Shown here in pieces: positions 7,380-15,370 of a DNA stretch of 64,000 nt. The first letter of the stretch is position 1, and the number at the start of each line of letters is the position of its first letter. Both the position numbers and the translations under genes were made by a program. Source of the DNA: Escherichia phage vB_EcoD-Elw. The stretch lies in the sequence record OR621298. One strand, written 5' to 3'. A model generated the notes under the pieces. The model ran no database searches. It saw only the letters and a list, made by a program, of their open reading frames with translations, and was not told where the DNA came from.

Positions 7380-7413
7380 GCCCCTAGTCGAAAGACTTAG
7401 GGGCTTTTCTTTT
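7380..7413 (+). terminator. rho-independent terminator ending the plus-strand island
   Basis: Stem GCCCCTA/TAGGGGC with 11-nt loop, then TTTTCTTTT. Confidence 0.7.
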
Positions 7414-7420
7414 ATCTTAA

Positions 7421-7458
7421 ATACAGAAAAGCCCTGCGCTCTCCAGGAAACGCAGGGC
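7421..7458 (-). terminator. rho-independent terminator after the SPFH gene
   Basis: Stem GCCCTGCG/CGCAGGGC followed on the minus strand by TTTTCTGTAT. Confidence 0.65.
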
Positions 7459-7483
7459 TTATTTCAGATGTTACATGCGGGTA

Positions 7484-8431
7484 TTACTTATTACGCATAT
7501 CCATAATCATTTGGCCATCATAGCCAGTGCCAACCACAGTCTGCGGTACACCACCTTGGTATTTCTGAGCACGAATCATTTCAACTTCCAGTTGCTTCCA
7601 GCGAATCATCTCAGGAGTAATGGTACGTTGCAACGCGGCGTTAGCTTCAGCTTCTTTCTTAGCTGCGTACAGTTTGGCATCTGCGTCACGCTCATTGGCA
7701 ATAGCTTGGTTATTACGAGCTTCGCGATCTGCTTCTGCTTGTTTAACCTTCTGCTGTGCTTCTTGTTCAACACGAGCCAGTTCAGCTTTCGCAGCATTAA
7801 CTTGCTCTTCACGAACTTTGGTATTCTGTACCTGTTCCATGATTACCGGTGGCAAAGTAATATCCTGAAGGAATACCTGCTTAACTGTATAACCATATGG
7901 GCGTGCATACTCTTCAACTTCCTGTTGAATTGCAGTTTGCAATTGAGCCTGAATTTTAGCATCAAACAAATCTTGTGCTTTAGGTACAGACTTACCAAAC
8001 TCACGAATAGTAGACAGTAATTTTTCAGTTACATATTTGTCTAGCGCTTGATCCTGAGTACCTGCGTTAATACGGTTAATCGGTGCCTTAGAACCATCAA
8101 ACTGCAACATAACAGTCAGGTCAACAGTGGATTTAAACTTATCCTGACTAGGAACCTGAAGTTTATCTAATTTTAGAGCAATATCTTTAGTACTAAAAGT
8201 ATCGAAAGAAGCAAAAGGATTTACAATATGAAAGCCGGGTAGTACTGGGCTAGGGTCAACTTTACCCAGGAAAGTCTGGGTTTTAACAGTACCGTCTTGA
8301 ACAACGGTATAAGAGTTAAAGGCTAGAATCAAGCCTGCTAAACCAACTATAGCACCAATACCCCAACGTTTAATAGTACGAATTACTTTCTGCTCAGAAG
8401 TCAGTTCTTTCATATTTTTAGTATTAAACAT
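7484..8431 (-). CDS. SPFH/band-7 (stomatin/prohibitin/HflC-like) membrane protein
   Basis: 315 aa; N-terminal hydrophobic helix (WGIGAIVGLAGLILAF), central SPFH-like region, C-terminal Ala/Glu/Lys/Gln coiled coil; ATG 8431 with AAGGAAA RBS. Confidence 0.8.
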   Translation of the reverse strand: MFNTKNMKELTSEQKVIRTIKRWGIGAIVGLAGLILAFNSYTVVQDGTVKTQTFLGKVDPSPVLPGFHIVNPFASFDTFSTKDIALKLDKLQVPSQDKFKSTVDLTVMLQFDGSKAPINRINAGTQDQALDKYVTEKLLSTIREFGKSVPKAQDLFDAKIQAQLQTAIQQEVEEYARPYGYTVKQVFLQDITLPPVIMEQVQNTKVREEQVNAAKAELARVEQEAQQKVKQAEADREARNNQAIANERDADAKLYAAKKEAEANAALQRTITPEMIRWKQLEVEMIRAQKYQGGVPQTVVGTGYDGQMIMDMRNK

Positions 8432-8465
8432 ATATTTCCTTTGTTTTAGTTACAGTTAATAAAAT

Positions 8466-8540
8466 TGGCCGAGGTGACAGGATTCGAACCTGCATAAAGG
8501 AATTTAGAAGACTCCTGCCTCTCCATTAGACTACACCCCG
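8466..8540 (-). tRNA. tRNA-Arg (anticodon TCT)
   Basis: Acceptor CGGGGTG/CACCTCG, anticodon arm GGAGT-CTTCTAA-ATTCC, T-arm GCAGG-TTCGAAT-CCTGT, CCA. Confidence 0.75.
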
Positions 8541-9042
8541 TTTAAGTATTTTTAAGAACTCTCGTAAAAACTCTTAAAAATACAGACGATACCGGGAGAG
8601 TCATAAGTCTCACTCATTAAGTATTTCAAGACAAAATACAGTAACGTCTATTATTTTCCAGTTTAAGTCAAGGTGACTTAGTGGTTATGTCCTGCGGTAT
8701 ACTGAGGACTCGGTTAGGATTGGGGTCATGACTTCCCGCCTTTTGCTGCTACTCAACAGGAGTTATCGCGAATTACCTGTGCTATTGTGCACCATTAGTG
8801 ACATCTCTCATGTCAGCATTTCCCACTTTGTGGATAGCTTGAAAAACTACTCCGATATGGAGAAAGAACTTCACTATCCTAGAATACCTTCTAAAGTTCT
8901 TCTTTAGCCTGGACATAGTTAAATCGTAATAAAACTATTCAGCAGACTAGTTGGTTAGTCTGGAACCAACTACCGCGTGGTTTAGGCAGTGCGCAACTAA
9001 CCTCGGAAGCTTTTACGTTAAAAGCATCAGTTATCCAGTTCT

Positions 9043-9114
9043 TACCGACCGTAGGATTCGAACCTACATCTTCCACCAGTTACGGCTTGATAATACCAAT
9101 TATACTAGGACGGC
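9043..9114 (-). pseudogene. degenerate tRNA-like element (no CCA, no anticodon stem)
   Basis: Canonical T-arm GTAGG-TTCGAAT-CCTAC and 6-bp acceptor GCCGTCC/GGTCGGT, but no convincing anticodon arm and no encoded CCA. Confidence 0.35.
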
Positions 9115-9337
9115 AGTGTTACTACATAAGTGATTTCCACACCCCACTATTTATAAATTAGGGAAGAGTTTAGGGGAGAGGTTTCAGACGCCTCATTTTA
9201 TACGTTCTAGCCACTAACCGGGATTGCCGCCCCCTGTGTACTAGTTTTACAACTAACCCACCGACTCTATTCAATGCGCTCCGGTTGGGATTCTGCACTC
9301 AGCGTAATCGGCTCGCTGTTCCCTAATTTATGAATAT

Positions 9338-9366
9338 ATTATACAGAATTTATAAGCATTTAGCAA
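9338..9366 (-). promoter_or_regulatory. sigma70-type early promoter (TTGCTA-17-TATAAT)
   Basis: Minus-strand consensus; would transcribe the 8541-9337 leader, tRNA-Arg and the SPFH gene. Confidence 0.6.
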
Positions 9367-9374
9367 ATGAATTT

Positions 9375-9809
9375 TTAGAAAAATTCACTAGCGATCAAAG
9401 CAGTTGTTTTACCGTCATAACGTCCAGGAAATTCTGCCTTAATAGTTTTCATTAATAGAGCTTTGGTAATACCTGGATTTAATTTAACCAGTTCTGCAAA
9501 ATACTCACGAATCTGAACTTCAGTTAACTGCTCCAGAGCATATTCATGCTCTAGACCTGCTAACAAGTCGAGATATTCAGCATCTGGAGTATATTCGATA
9601 TTTGCTTTTGCAGCAGAAGTCATTGTATTCTCAATTGCTTTGAACTGTGATTTAACCCAGTTAGTAAACTCTAGTCTAGATACGCAATCTTTATCAATTC
9701 GTTGTAAGTCGCCTAAAATCGTACTAAGGTGCTTGACTGACACAGTATCACCGTGTTTGCGAGCTTTTTCAATTAATTCTCGCAGCACACGAATCATATT
9801 CGTACCCAT
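9375..9809 (-). CDS. hypothetical protein (144 aa)
   Basis: ATG at 9809 overlapping the stop of the upstream small ORF (TAATG). Confidence 0.55.
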   Translation of the reverse strand: MGTNMIRVLRELIEKARKHGDTVSVKHLSTILGDLQRIDKDCVSRLEFTNWVKSQFKAIENTMTSAAKANIEYTPDAEYLDLLAGLEHEYALEQLTEVQIREYFAELVKLNPGITKALLMKTIKAEFPGRYDGKTTALIASEFF

Positions 9810-9979
9810 TATTTCATCCCCAATGCTTGGTTAAAAGATTGTTCTGTCATAACTGCTGAGACTTTGGCGAAATCAAACTTTTTAGGGTTCGTAGTGATTT
9901 CAGCAACGTTAGAAGTTTTAACAGTTTTCGTAGTACGAATACCACGAGTGTTAACACCAATAATTACAACTGATTTCAT
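9809..9979 (-). CDS. small hypothetical protein (56 aa)
   Basis: ATG at 9979 with GAGGAAG RBS; translationally coupled to the 144-aa gene. Confidence 0.45.
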   Translation of the reverse strand: MKSVVIIGVNTRGIRTTKTVKTSNVAEITTNPKKFDFAKVSAVMTEQSFNQALGMK

Positions 9980-10010
9980 ATTTCGCTTCCTCTCATTAAT
10001 TTATGAAAGT

Positions 10011-10039
10011 ATTATACAGAAATTTAAGTAGTTAAGCAA
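10011..10039 (-). promoter_or_regulatory. sigma70-type early promoter (TTGCTT-17-TATAAT)
   Basis: Minus-strand consensus motif. Confidence 0.6.
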
Positions 10040-10047
10040 GTAAATTT

Positions 10048-10497
10048 TTAAGTTTTAGTGACAACAGGTTTATAAAACGTATGTCCCTTAATCTTAGTTG
10101 TTTTCTTAAACTTCTTTGTCCAGTAAGGTTTATCTTTACCACTATGGAAGTATAGTGCTCCATGTGTAGGATCTTGTGGTAAATCAACGTAGTATATCAC
10201 TCTAGCTAAATTCTTAGCGGTTTGCCAAGCCTCATCAGTTTTATCAACTTTTGGTCTCTTAGATACCCAAGAGAACTGGTTAGACTGATATACTACTTTA
10301 CAGTAGGAATCTGGGAATTTACCGGAGTTTACACGGTTTTTAGTAACATATGCAATCGCCGTCATTCCCTTTATGCCCTCACCACGACTTTCGAAATAGA
10401 TATTTTTAGCAATGCAATCTATTTCTTTTGCATCGTGCGATGCCTGACTACTAAAGCTGAAGGTAAGGGCAGCTACTAAAAGCAAAGCTGCCTTCAT
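10048..10497 (-). CDS. secreted cell-wall hydrolase (SleB/Hydrolase_2-like)
   Basis: Start placed at ATG 10497 (AGGAG RBS); N-terminal signal peptide MKAALLLVAALTFSFSSQA; cell-wall hydrolase-like core. Confidence 0.7.
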   Translation of the reverse strand: MKAALLLVAALTFSFSSQASHDAKEIDCIAKNIYFESRGEGIKGMTAIAYVTKNRVNSGKFPDSYCKVVYQSNQFSWVSKRPKVDKTDEAWQTAKNLARVIYYVDLPQDPTHGALYFHSGKDKPYWTKKFKKTTKIKGHTFYKPVVTKT

Positions 10498-10502
10498 TCT
10501 TT

Positions 10503-10820
10503 TTACTCCTGCCAATCATATTCAACACGATTGGGATTTTCTTTATACCCTAAGTCAAGCAAATCATTACGCATATTTTGCTTAGCTACTGGGTTCGAGG
10601 TTACTAGTACCACTTTCTTTGGTCTCTGTCCAAATTCTAAGAGTAAACGAAGAATTTGATAACCTTCCATACCATCTACAGCCAAGTCATTATCCATATA
10701 AACGAAATGGCCTGTGGTATCAGTTTTATTCAGAAACTCTACAGCGGCTTCTGGGGTTCGAATGATAATGTCCATTCCGTGAAGATTGCGCACATCATCA
10801 ATCAAAATATGAAAAGTCAT
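10503..10820 (-). CDS. stand-alone receiver (CheY-like REC) domain protein
   Basis: 105 aa; REC-like pattern with acidic pair (HILIDDV), central Asp (YMDNDLAVDG), Thr (VVLVTSNP) and Lys; ATG at 10820; stop lies 6 nt upstream of the hydrolase ATG at 10497. Confidence 0.55.
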   Translation of the reverse strand: MTFHILIDDVRNLHGMDIIIRTPEAAVEFLNKTDTTGHFVYMDNDLAVDGMEGYQILRLLLEFGQRPKKVVLVTSNPVAKQNMRNDLLDLGYKENPNRVEYDWQE

Positions 10821-10850
10821 AATAGCCTCGTTTCATCAATTTAAAAATAT

Positions 10851-10879
10851 ATTATACACATAATTTAGTAAATTAGCAA
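10851..10879 (-). promoter_or_regulatory. sigma70-type early promoter (TTGCTA-17-TATAAT)
   Basis: Minus-strand consensus motif. Confidence 0.6.
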
Positions 10880-11262
10880 ATACATTTTTAAATTGTGAAA
10901 CTAGTAAACCGATAAACAGCCTAGAGGCGCCACAGGCCATATCTTATGAGCCATGTACCTTTGATCTAGGGTTTGAATCATCAACGAATACTTTGCATCT
11001 TTTAGCTTTAGAAGTTTAGAAGTTTGAGTTCTTTAAACTTTTCAGCTTTCATACTTAAATGTTGATCTTTGAAGTTGTGTCGGTAATATCAACGACGCTT
11101 TGTTTTTACGTGTCAGATTAAATGTCTGATGTAATAAACATAATCTCCAATAGATTATACTTTATAGTATGGTCAGCGGTCTTATTTAACCTCGTATTTC
11201 AACCGCTGCTGCGAGGTAAGATGCTTGGGCTTTCGTCTACCGATTTACTAGCTTTTAAATTA

Positions 11263-11901
11263 TTACTCTACTTCAATGAAGGTAGAGGCGTTAGACTCGG
11301 ACAGAACAAAGTCAACATTTGTTGCAAAGTCCTGATATTCCTCGTCATGCTGCTTAATCAGCTTCTCCAGTTCCAGCGGATCAATCAAGAATGGAGTATT
11401 CTTGAGTTCCAGCAGGTTGAGCTGCATTTTAACCTCATCTTCGGAAGTTTTCTTATCGCGGGTAGCCATGCTATCCTGCAAACGCTCATATTTAGTATCA
11501 AACTGTGCTTTCTGCGTATTAAACTTAACCGTAGCGGCGTGGAACTGCTTACGCATGTTAGCCAGCAGTTGAGCTTTAAGTTCCATAGAACGCTTAGCTT
11601 CAATTGCTTCCGCAACAGTCATCTTACGAGAACCAATCTCAACTACTGTTTCCGCATTGCTCTTAATCAGAGCAGCTTTGATACGATCACGCTGGGACAT
11701 CATATCCAGGAGAGATTGGAAATCTGCCTTAATACGAGCAGATAGATCGTCTACTTCGATTGCAGCGCCAACTACAACCTTATTTTTATCCTTACCTTCA
11801 CCAACAGCGATCAGAAGCTGTTGTTCAGTAGCTTTACGGATTTTAGCTTCCAGAGATTTGATAGTTGCCAGAGCGCGAGTTTTAGAGATACGAGTAGTCA
11901 T
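11263..11901 (-). CDS. hypothetical protein (212 aa)
   Basis: ATG at 11901 with AAGGAAG RBS; no recognisable motif. Confidence 0.6.
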   Translation of the reverse strand: MTTRISKTRALATIKSLEAKIRKATEQQLLIAVGEGKDKNKVVVGAAIEVDDLSARIKADFQSLLDMMSQRDRIKAALIKSNAETVVEIGSRKMTVAEAIEAKRSMELKAQLLANMRKQFHAATVKFNTQKAQFDTKYERLQDSMATRDKKTSEDEVKMQLNLLELKNTPFLIDPLELEKLIKQHDEEYQDFATNVDFVLSESNASTFIEVE

Positions 11902-11954
11902 TATTTGCTTCCTTATATGAAGTTTGAGATTTGAATTTGTTTAAATTTGGTCTA

Positions 11955-12137
11955 TTACAGACCAATTGCCAGCAGAGTGCGCAGAACAGTATCGTTACTG
12001 TTATCAATTTTAGGATTAGCACGATTTAGCAGATCAAAGATTTTCTGGATACCTGATTGACGTTCAGCCATACGACGGATACCCAGATTACGAGTAGCTT
12101 TCTTACCATTTTTACGAACATTTTTAGATACTGGCAT
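11955..12137 (-). CDS. small basic protein (60 aa)
   Basis: ATG at 12137 with AAGGAAA RBS. Confidence 0.5.
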   Translation of the reverse strand: MPVSKNVRKNGKKATRNLGIRRMAERQSGIQKIFDLLNRANPKIDNSNDTVLRTLLAIGL

Positions 12138-12177
12138 ATTTGTTTTCCTTTTATTGTTTTCTCAAATTTATGAATAT

Positions 12178-12206
12178 ATTATACAGAATTTTGGAGCCGG
12201 AAGCAA
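12178..12206 (-). promoter_or_regulatory. sigma70-type early promoter (TTGCTT-17-TATAAT)
   Basis: Minus-strand consensus motif. Confidence 0.6.
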
Positions 12207-12207
12207 A

Positions 12208-12909
12208 TCAAATTTTCATTTTTTCGATCATAGCTGCAACACAATAGCTCTCAACTAAGGCATCAAATGCTGGGTCGTGCTTAACCGGATAGATCCCATA
12301 ACGAATGGTGTCCATCTTCTCCATTTTAGCTTTTGCCCAGCTAATACCTTCAGCTTCTAGATCTTTGTAACTATAACCAGCTTGCATCCAGAGATTACGA
12401 AGAGATCGAACATTGCCCAAATTCCAGAATTTCCACGGAACTACCTCTTCATTGGTTCCAGCATGGAACGTGTTTGCCGAGTAGATAGTCATATCAAACT
12501 CTGGGCCATTGCCGTAATACAAAGCATTTTCGCCTAGAGCCAACTCCATAATATTTTGAGCCATAGAGAAGGCAGCATAGTTAGAGCCAAGTTTATTAGT
12601 GCAATGATGTTTACCATTTTGGAAGGCAATCAGCTTTGGATTACGCCCGTTCATAGCTTCCATAATGTGGATAGCAGACGGGCTATTTTTAGCTTGATCC
12701 ATCCAGAATGCTAGAGTAGATGCTGTAACTTTGGCACCAGAATTAAGTTGATCTTGTACATCCAAAGTAACAAATACTAGATCAGGGTCTTTATCAATTC
12801 CATGCATAGCCACAAAAGCGAATGAAGGCATCGCGATATGAGTAGTACCACAATCTCCTGGAGTTCCTAGAGATTCAATATCTAGCATACCAAATGGTTT
12901 TACTTTCAT
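12208..12909 (-). CDS. DEDD-family 3'-5' exonuclease (DnaQ/DexA-like)
   Basis: 233 aa; FGMLDIESLGT (Exo I D-x-E) and HDPAFDAL (Exo III H-x4-D) motifs. Confidence 0.7.
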   Translation of the reverse strand: MKVKPFGMLDIESLGTPGDCGTTHIAMPSFAFVAMHGIDKDPDLVFVTLDVQDQLNSGAKVTASTLAFWMDQAKNSPSAIHIMEAMNGRNPKLIAFQNGKHHCTNKLGSNYAAFSMAQNIMELALGENALYYGNGPEFDMTIYSANTFHAGTNEEVVPWKFWNLGNVRSLRNLWMQAGYSYKDLEAEGISWAKAKMEKMDTIRYGIYPVKHDPAFDALVESYCVAAMIEKMKI

Positions 12910-12937
12910 AACTTATCCTTTATTGTGTAGAAAACTA

Positions 12938-13174
12938 TTAAAGAGCTGTCTCTTTAATAGACTCCCACTTCTTGGGGTCTTTAAAACCAGGAAGCATATC
13001 CTCACTGACATCCCAGTTCTCTTCCATAGAAAAGTCAGGCCATTCATTCCAGCTACCTTCCAGCTCTTCATAACAGGTATCCATTATCTCATGACTAGAA
13101 AGTCGTGTATAATCCCTAGCAGACTTATGAGTGCTAGCACGGTTAAAATCATTCTTTGCTACAAAATTACGCAT
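12938..13174 (-). CDS. hypothetical acidic protein (78 aa)
   Basis: ATG at 13174 with GGAGA RBS. Confidence 0.5.
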   Translation of the reverse strand: MRNFVAKNDFNRASTHKSARDYTRLSSHEIMDTCYEELEGSWNEWPDFSMEENWDVSEDMLPGFKDPKKWESIKETAL

Positions 13175-13180
13175 AGTTTC

Positions 13181-13206
13181 TCCAAATAAGAGGGGCTTTC
13201 GCCCCC
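13181..13206 (-). terminator. rho-independent terminator
   Basis: Stem GGGGC/GCCCC with TTTC loop, U-rich tail on the minus strand. Confidence 0.5.
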
Positions 13207-13215
13207 TGATTTAAA

Positions 13216-13431
13216 TCACTTGCCCAGCAGTTTAAGGATATTTTCCATAATAGTTTGGGCAGACTTTTCACTCTTGTTGGTTTCAGCCAACTTTAAAGCG
13301 AGTTCTTCCTGCTGTTTCTGAATATCCGCAGCAATTTTTTGATCAGCCTCAATACGAGCTTGAAGCTCATCAGTGATAGTGGTAAAGGAAGCAACGATTT
13401 CAGTAACGGAGCGTGGTTTCTTAGAGAACAT
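13216..13431 (-). CDS. hypothetical coiled-coil protein (71 aa)
   Basis: ATG at 13431 with AAGGA RBS. Confidence 0.5.
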   Translation of the reverse strand: MFSKKPRSVTEIVASFTTITDELQARIEADQKIAADIQKQQEELALKLAETNKSEKSAQTIMENILKLLGK

Positions 13432-13495
13432 AAAAAATATCCTTGATTAGTTAGAGAATTAGTAGATTGTAGGGGCTTCTGCCCCTATTTATCTA

Positions 13496-14011
13496 TTACT
13501 TCGCTTTACGCTTGCGAGCTGGTTTAGCAGATTTACGAGCAGAATCACCCGTGAACTTAATGCCTACACCGTAACACAGAGCACGAACGTTATCTTTGCT
13601 ATACTCTACACCGAAGATATTTGGCTTAACAGAACCAAACTGTCCACGAGCATCACGCAGTACATCTGCCGTTGGTTTGCGTTTCTGGTTAACTGATTTC
13701 TCGTAATCTTTCATGGCCATGCCATTACGAGGGAACAATTCTGCTCCAGCATTGAAACTCAGTGTTACTGGAACAGATTTGTGACCATAACCTTGTACAT
13801 AGGTCACAAGGCGGGCTACAGAACGAGTAGCGTTCTTAGCCTTCGGCTTTTGACGAATCGGGGCCGGACGATTCAGTGCCTGTGCAGCTTGAGCATCAGT
13901 AGGGTGTTTGCGCAGGTGGCGTTCCAGACGAGCTTTGCGGTTAGCCTCAGTCTGAGGGAAAGTTTTAACTGCCGGAGCTGCTTGAGTTTTTGCGTTTTTC
14001 TGCTTAGCCAT
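13496..14011 (-). CDS. basic protein (171 aa), possibly nucleic-acid binding
   Basis: Lys/Arg-rich at both termini; GC-richer, E. coli-like codon usage suggesting high expression; ATG 14011 with AAGGAAA RBS. Confidence 0.6.
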   Translation of the reverse strand: MAKQKNAKTQAAPAVKTFPQTEANRKARLERHLRKHPTDAQAAQALNRPAPIRQKPKAKNATRSVARLVTYVQGYGHKSVPVTLSFNAGAELFPRNGMAMKDYEKSVNQKRKPTADVLRDARGQFGSVKPNIFGVEYSKDNVRALCYGVGIKFTGDSARKSAKPARKRKAK

Positions 14012-14049
14012 TATTTGTTTTCCTTTTTGTTTATCAATTTATGAAGTAT

Positions 14050-14078
14050 ATTATACGGTAATTTGAAGCGTTTAGCAA
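14050..14078 (-). promoter_or_regulatory. sigma70-type early promoter (TTGCTA-17-TATAAT)
   Basis: Minus-strand consensus motif. Confidence 0.6.
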
Positions 14079-14086
14079 ATGAATTT

Positions 14087-14536
14087 TTAATTTATTAACT
14101 GTAAGCTTCTTTTAATTTCAGACCTTACCTGCATCAAAAGAACTCCTAAAGTATTGTCCCCGATGCCTCGGCAAACACCCCAATATGTATCTCCCCAGGT
14201 ATTTCCTTCGATCAAAGTTGCATTTTTTGTTGCTAACAGTTTGTCTCTCAAATCAGGGATTGCAAACTTTAACCGTAAAAGCTCTAGCATTACATCATCT
14301 TTTACCTTATCCCAGTCAGAGCGTAGAGTTAATTTACGTCCTCTACGTTTGGCAACTCCTGCATTTAGGGAGCGCAGTACATGAGCTACATCATCTTTTT
14401 GGTCAGATTTCATAGCCTGAAAAGCATGTTCTACAGTATCAGCATGCCATATTTCATTTAGATATTCGAAAGTAATTGGTGATAAATAAAAGTTAGATAA
14501 GAAACTATAAGTACCTTTAAATTCAGTAATCTTCAT
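14087..14536 (-). CDS. NADAR (YbiA-like) domain protein
   Basis: 149 aa; N-terminal GTYSFLSNFY and later WGD/YWG motifs typical of the NADAR family; start overlaps the upstream stop (ATGA). Confidence 0.7.
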   Translation of the reverse strand: MKITEFKGTYSFLSNFYLSPITFEYLNEIWHADTVEHAFQAMKSDQKDDVAHVLRSLNAGVAKRRGRKLTLRSDWDKVKDDVMLELLRLKFAIPDLRDKLLATKNATLIEGNTWGDTYWGVCRGIGDNTLGVLLMQVRSEIKRSLQLIN

Positions 14537-14817
14537 TTTTTACGCCCCGCATCTTTAGCCTCCTCGGCTGTATAGATATACTGATAAGCCCCTTTGGAGT
14601 AGGCTGGAGCAGTACACATTTTCTTACGCTCAATCTCTTCTTGAGCTTTTCTTTCGCGTTCAGCTAATTCTTCGTCCAGATAAACTAAACGTTGTTCTGG
14701 AGGAGGTGGAAGACGTGTTTCTGGCTCACCAATATTAGCCTTTCTTATTTGACGAGGTGATTGTGCACGTTTTCTCAATGGTTTAAATCCTAGTGAATTT
14801 GAGTTATAAATCCGCAT
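14533..14817 (-). CDS. hypothetical basic protein (94 aa)
   Basis: ATG at 14817 with GAGGAGG RBS. Confidence 0.55.
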   Translation of the reverse strand: MRIYNSNSLGFKPLRKRAQSPRQIRKANIGEPETRLPPPPEQRLVYLDEELAERERKAQEEIERKKMCTAPAYSKGAYQYIYTAEEAKDAGRKK

Positions 14818-14844
14818 AAAGCCCTCCTCACTTTCAATACGAAT

Positions 14845-14873
14845 ATTATACTAAATTAGAGAGCTTTAAGCAA
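14845..14873 (-). promoter_or_regulatory. sigma70-type early promoter (TTGCTT-17-TATAAT)
   Basis: Minus-strand consensus motif. Confidence 0.6.
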
Positions 14874-14893
14874 GAGAATTTTTAATTTATTTA

Positions 14894-15370
14894 TTACATC
14901 TCAGCCATTTCAGCTTCAGTAATAACTGTGTTACACAGTGCATCTACAGCTTCATTACCACTAATACCAGAATGTCCTTTAACCTTAATAAAGGTAGGAT
15001 TAGTATTATGAAAGTTGATATACTGCTGTGTTAATTTAAATGCTTCCTGCCAAAGTTCTAGATTAAGAGGAACTTCACCATCTGCTTTCTTCCAGCCTTT
15101 CCTTTGCCAAGAAAACATCCAACTTTCCATACCATTTTTGCAATAAGCAGAATCAGTATAGATAACAATTGGTCTATTATCTTTTTTAACTGACCAACGT
15201 AGAGCCTCTACAATAGCCGTGAGTTCCATCTCATTATTTGTAGTTTTAGGACTATATCCAGATTTAGAACCTAAACGATCATCGTTATCATCATAGACAA
15301 TAAATCCCCAAGCACCTGGACCTGGGTTAGACTTACAAGCACCATCTGTGTAAATGTGGAAAACCGACAT
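14894..15370 (-). CDS. ribonuclease H (RNase HI family)
   Basis: 158 aa; HIYTDGAC, ELTAIVEAL, IYTDS and GHSGISGNEAVDAL motifs. Confidence 0.85.
   Translation of the reverse strand: MSVFHIYTDGACKSNPGPGAWGFIVYDDNDDRLGSKSGYSPKTTNNEMELTAIVEALRWSVKKDNRPIVIYTDSAYCKNGMESWMFSWQRKGWKKADGEVPLNLELWQEAFKLTQQYINFHNTNPTFIKVKGHSGISGNEAVDALCNTVITEAEMAEM

Noticed and set aside
7475-8020. Plus-strand 181-aa ORF and other ORFs nested in the SPFH gene
   Set aside because: Antisense to a well-supported SPFH gene; low-complexity translation; no RBS.
11122-11745. Plus-strand 207-aa ORF
   Set aside because: Antisense to the minus-strand gene 11263-11901, which has a consensus RBS and follows the operon polarity.
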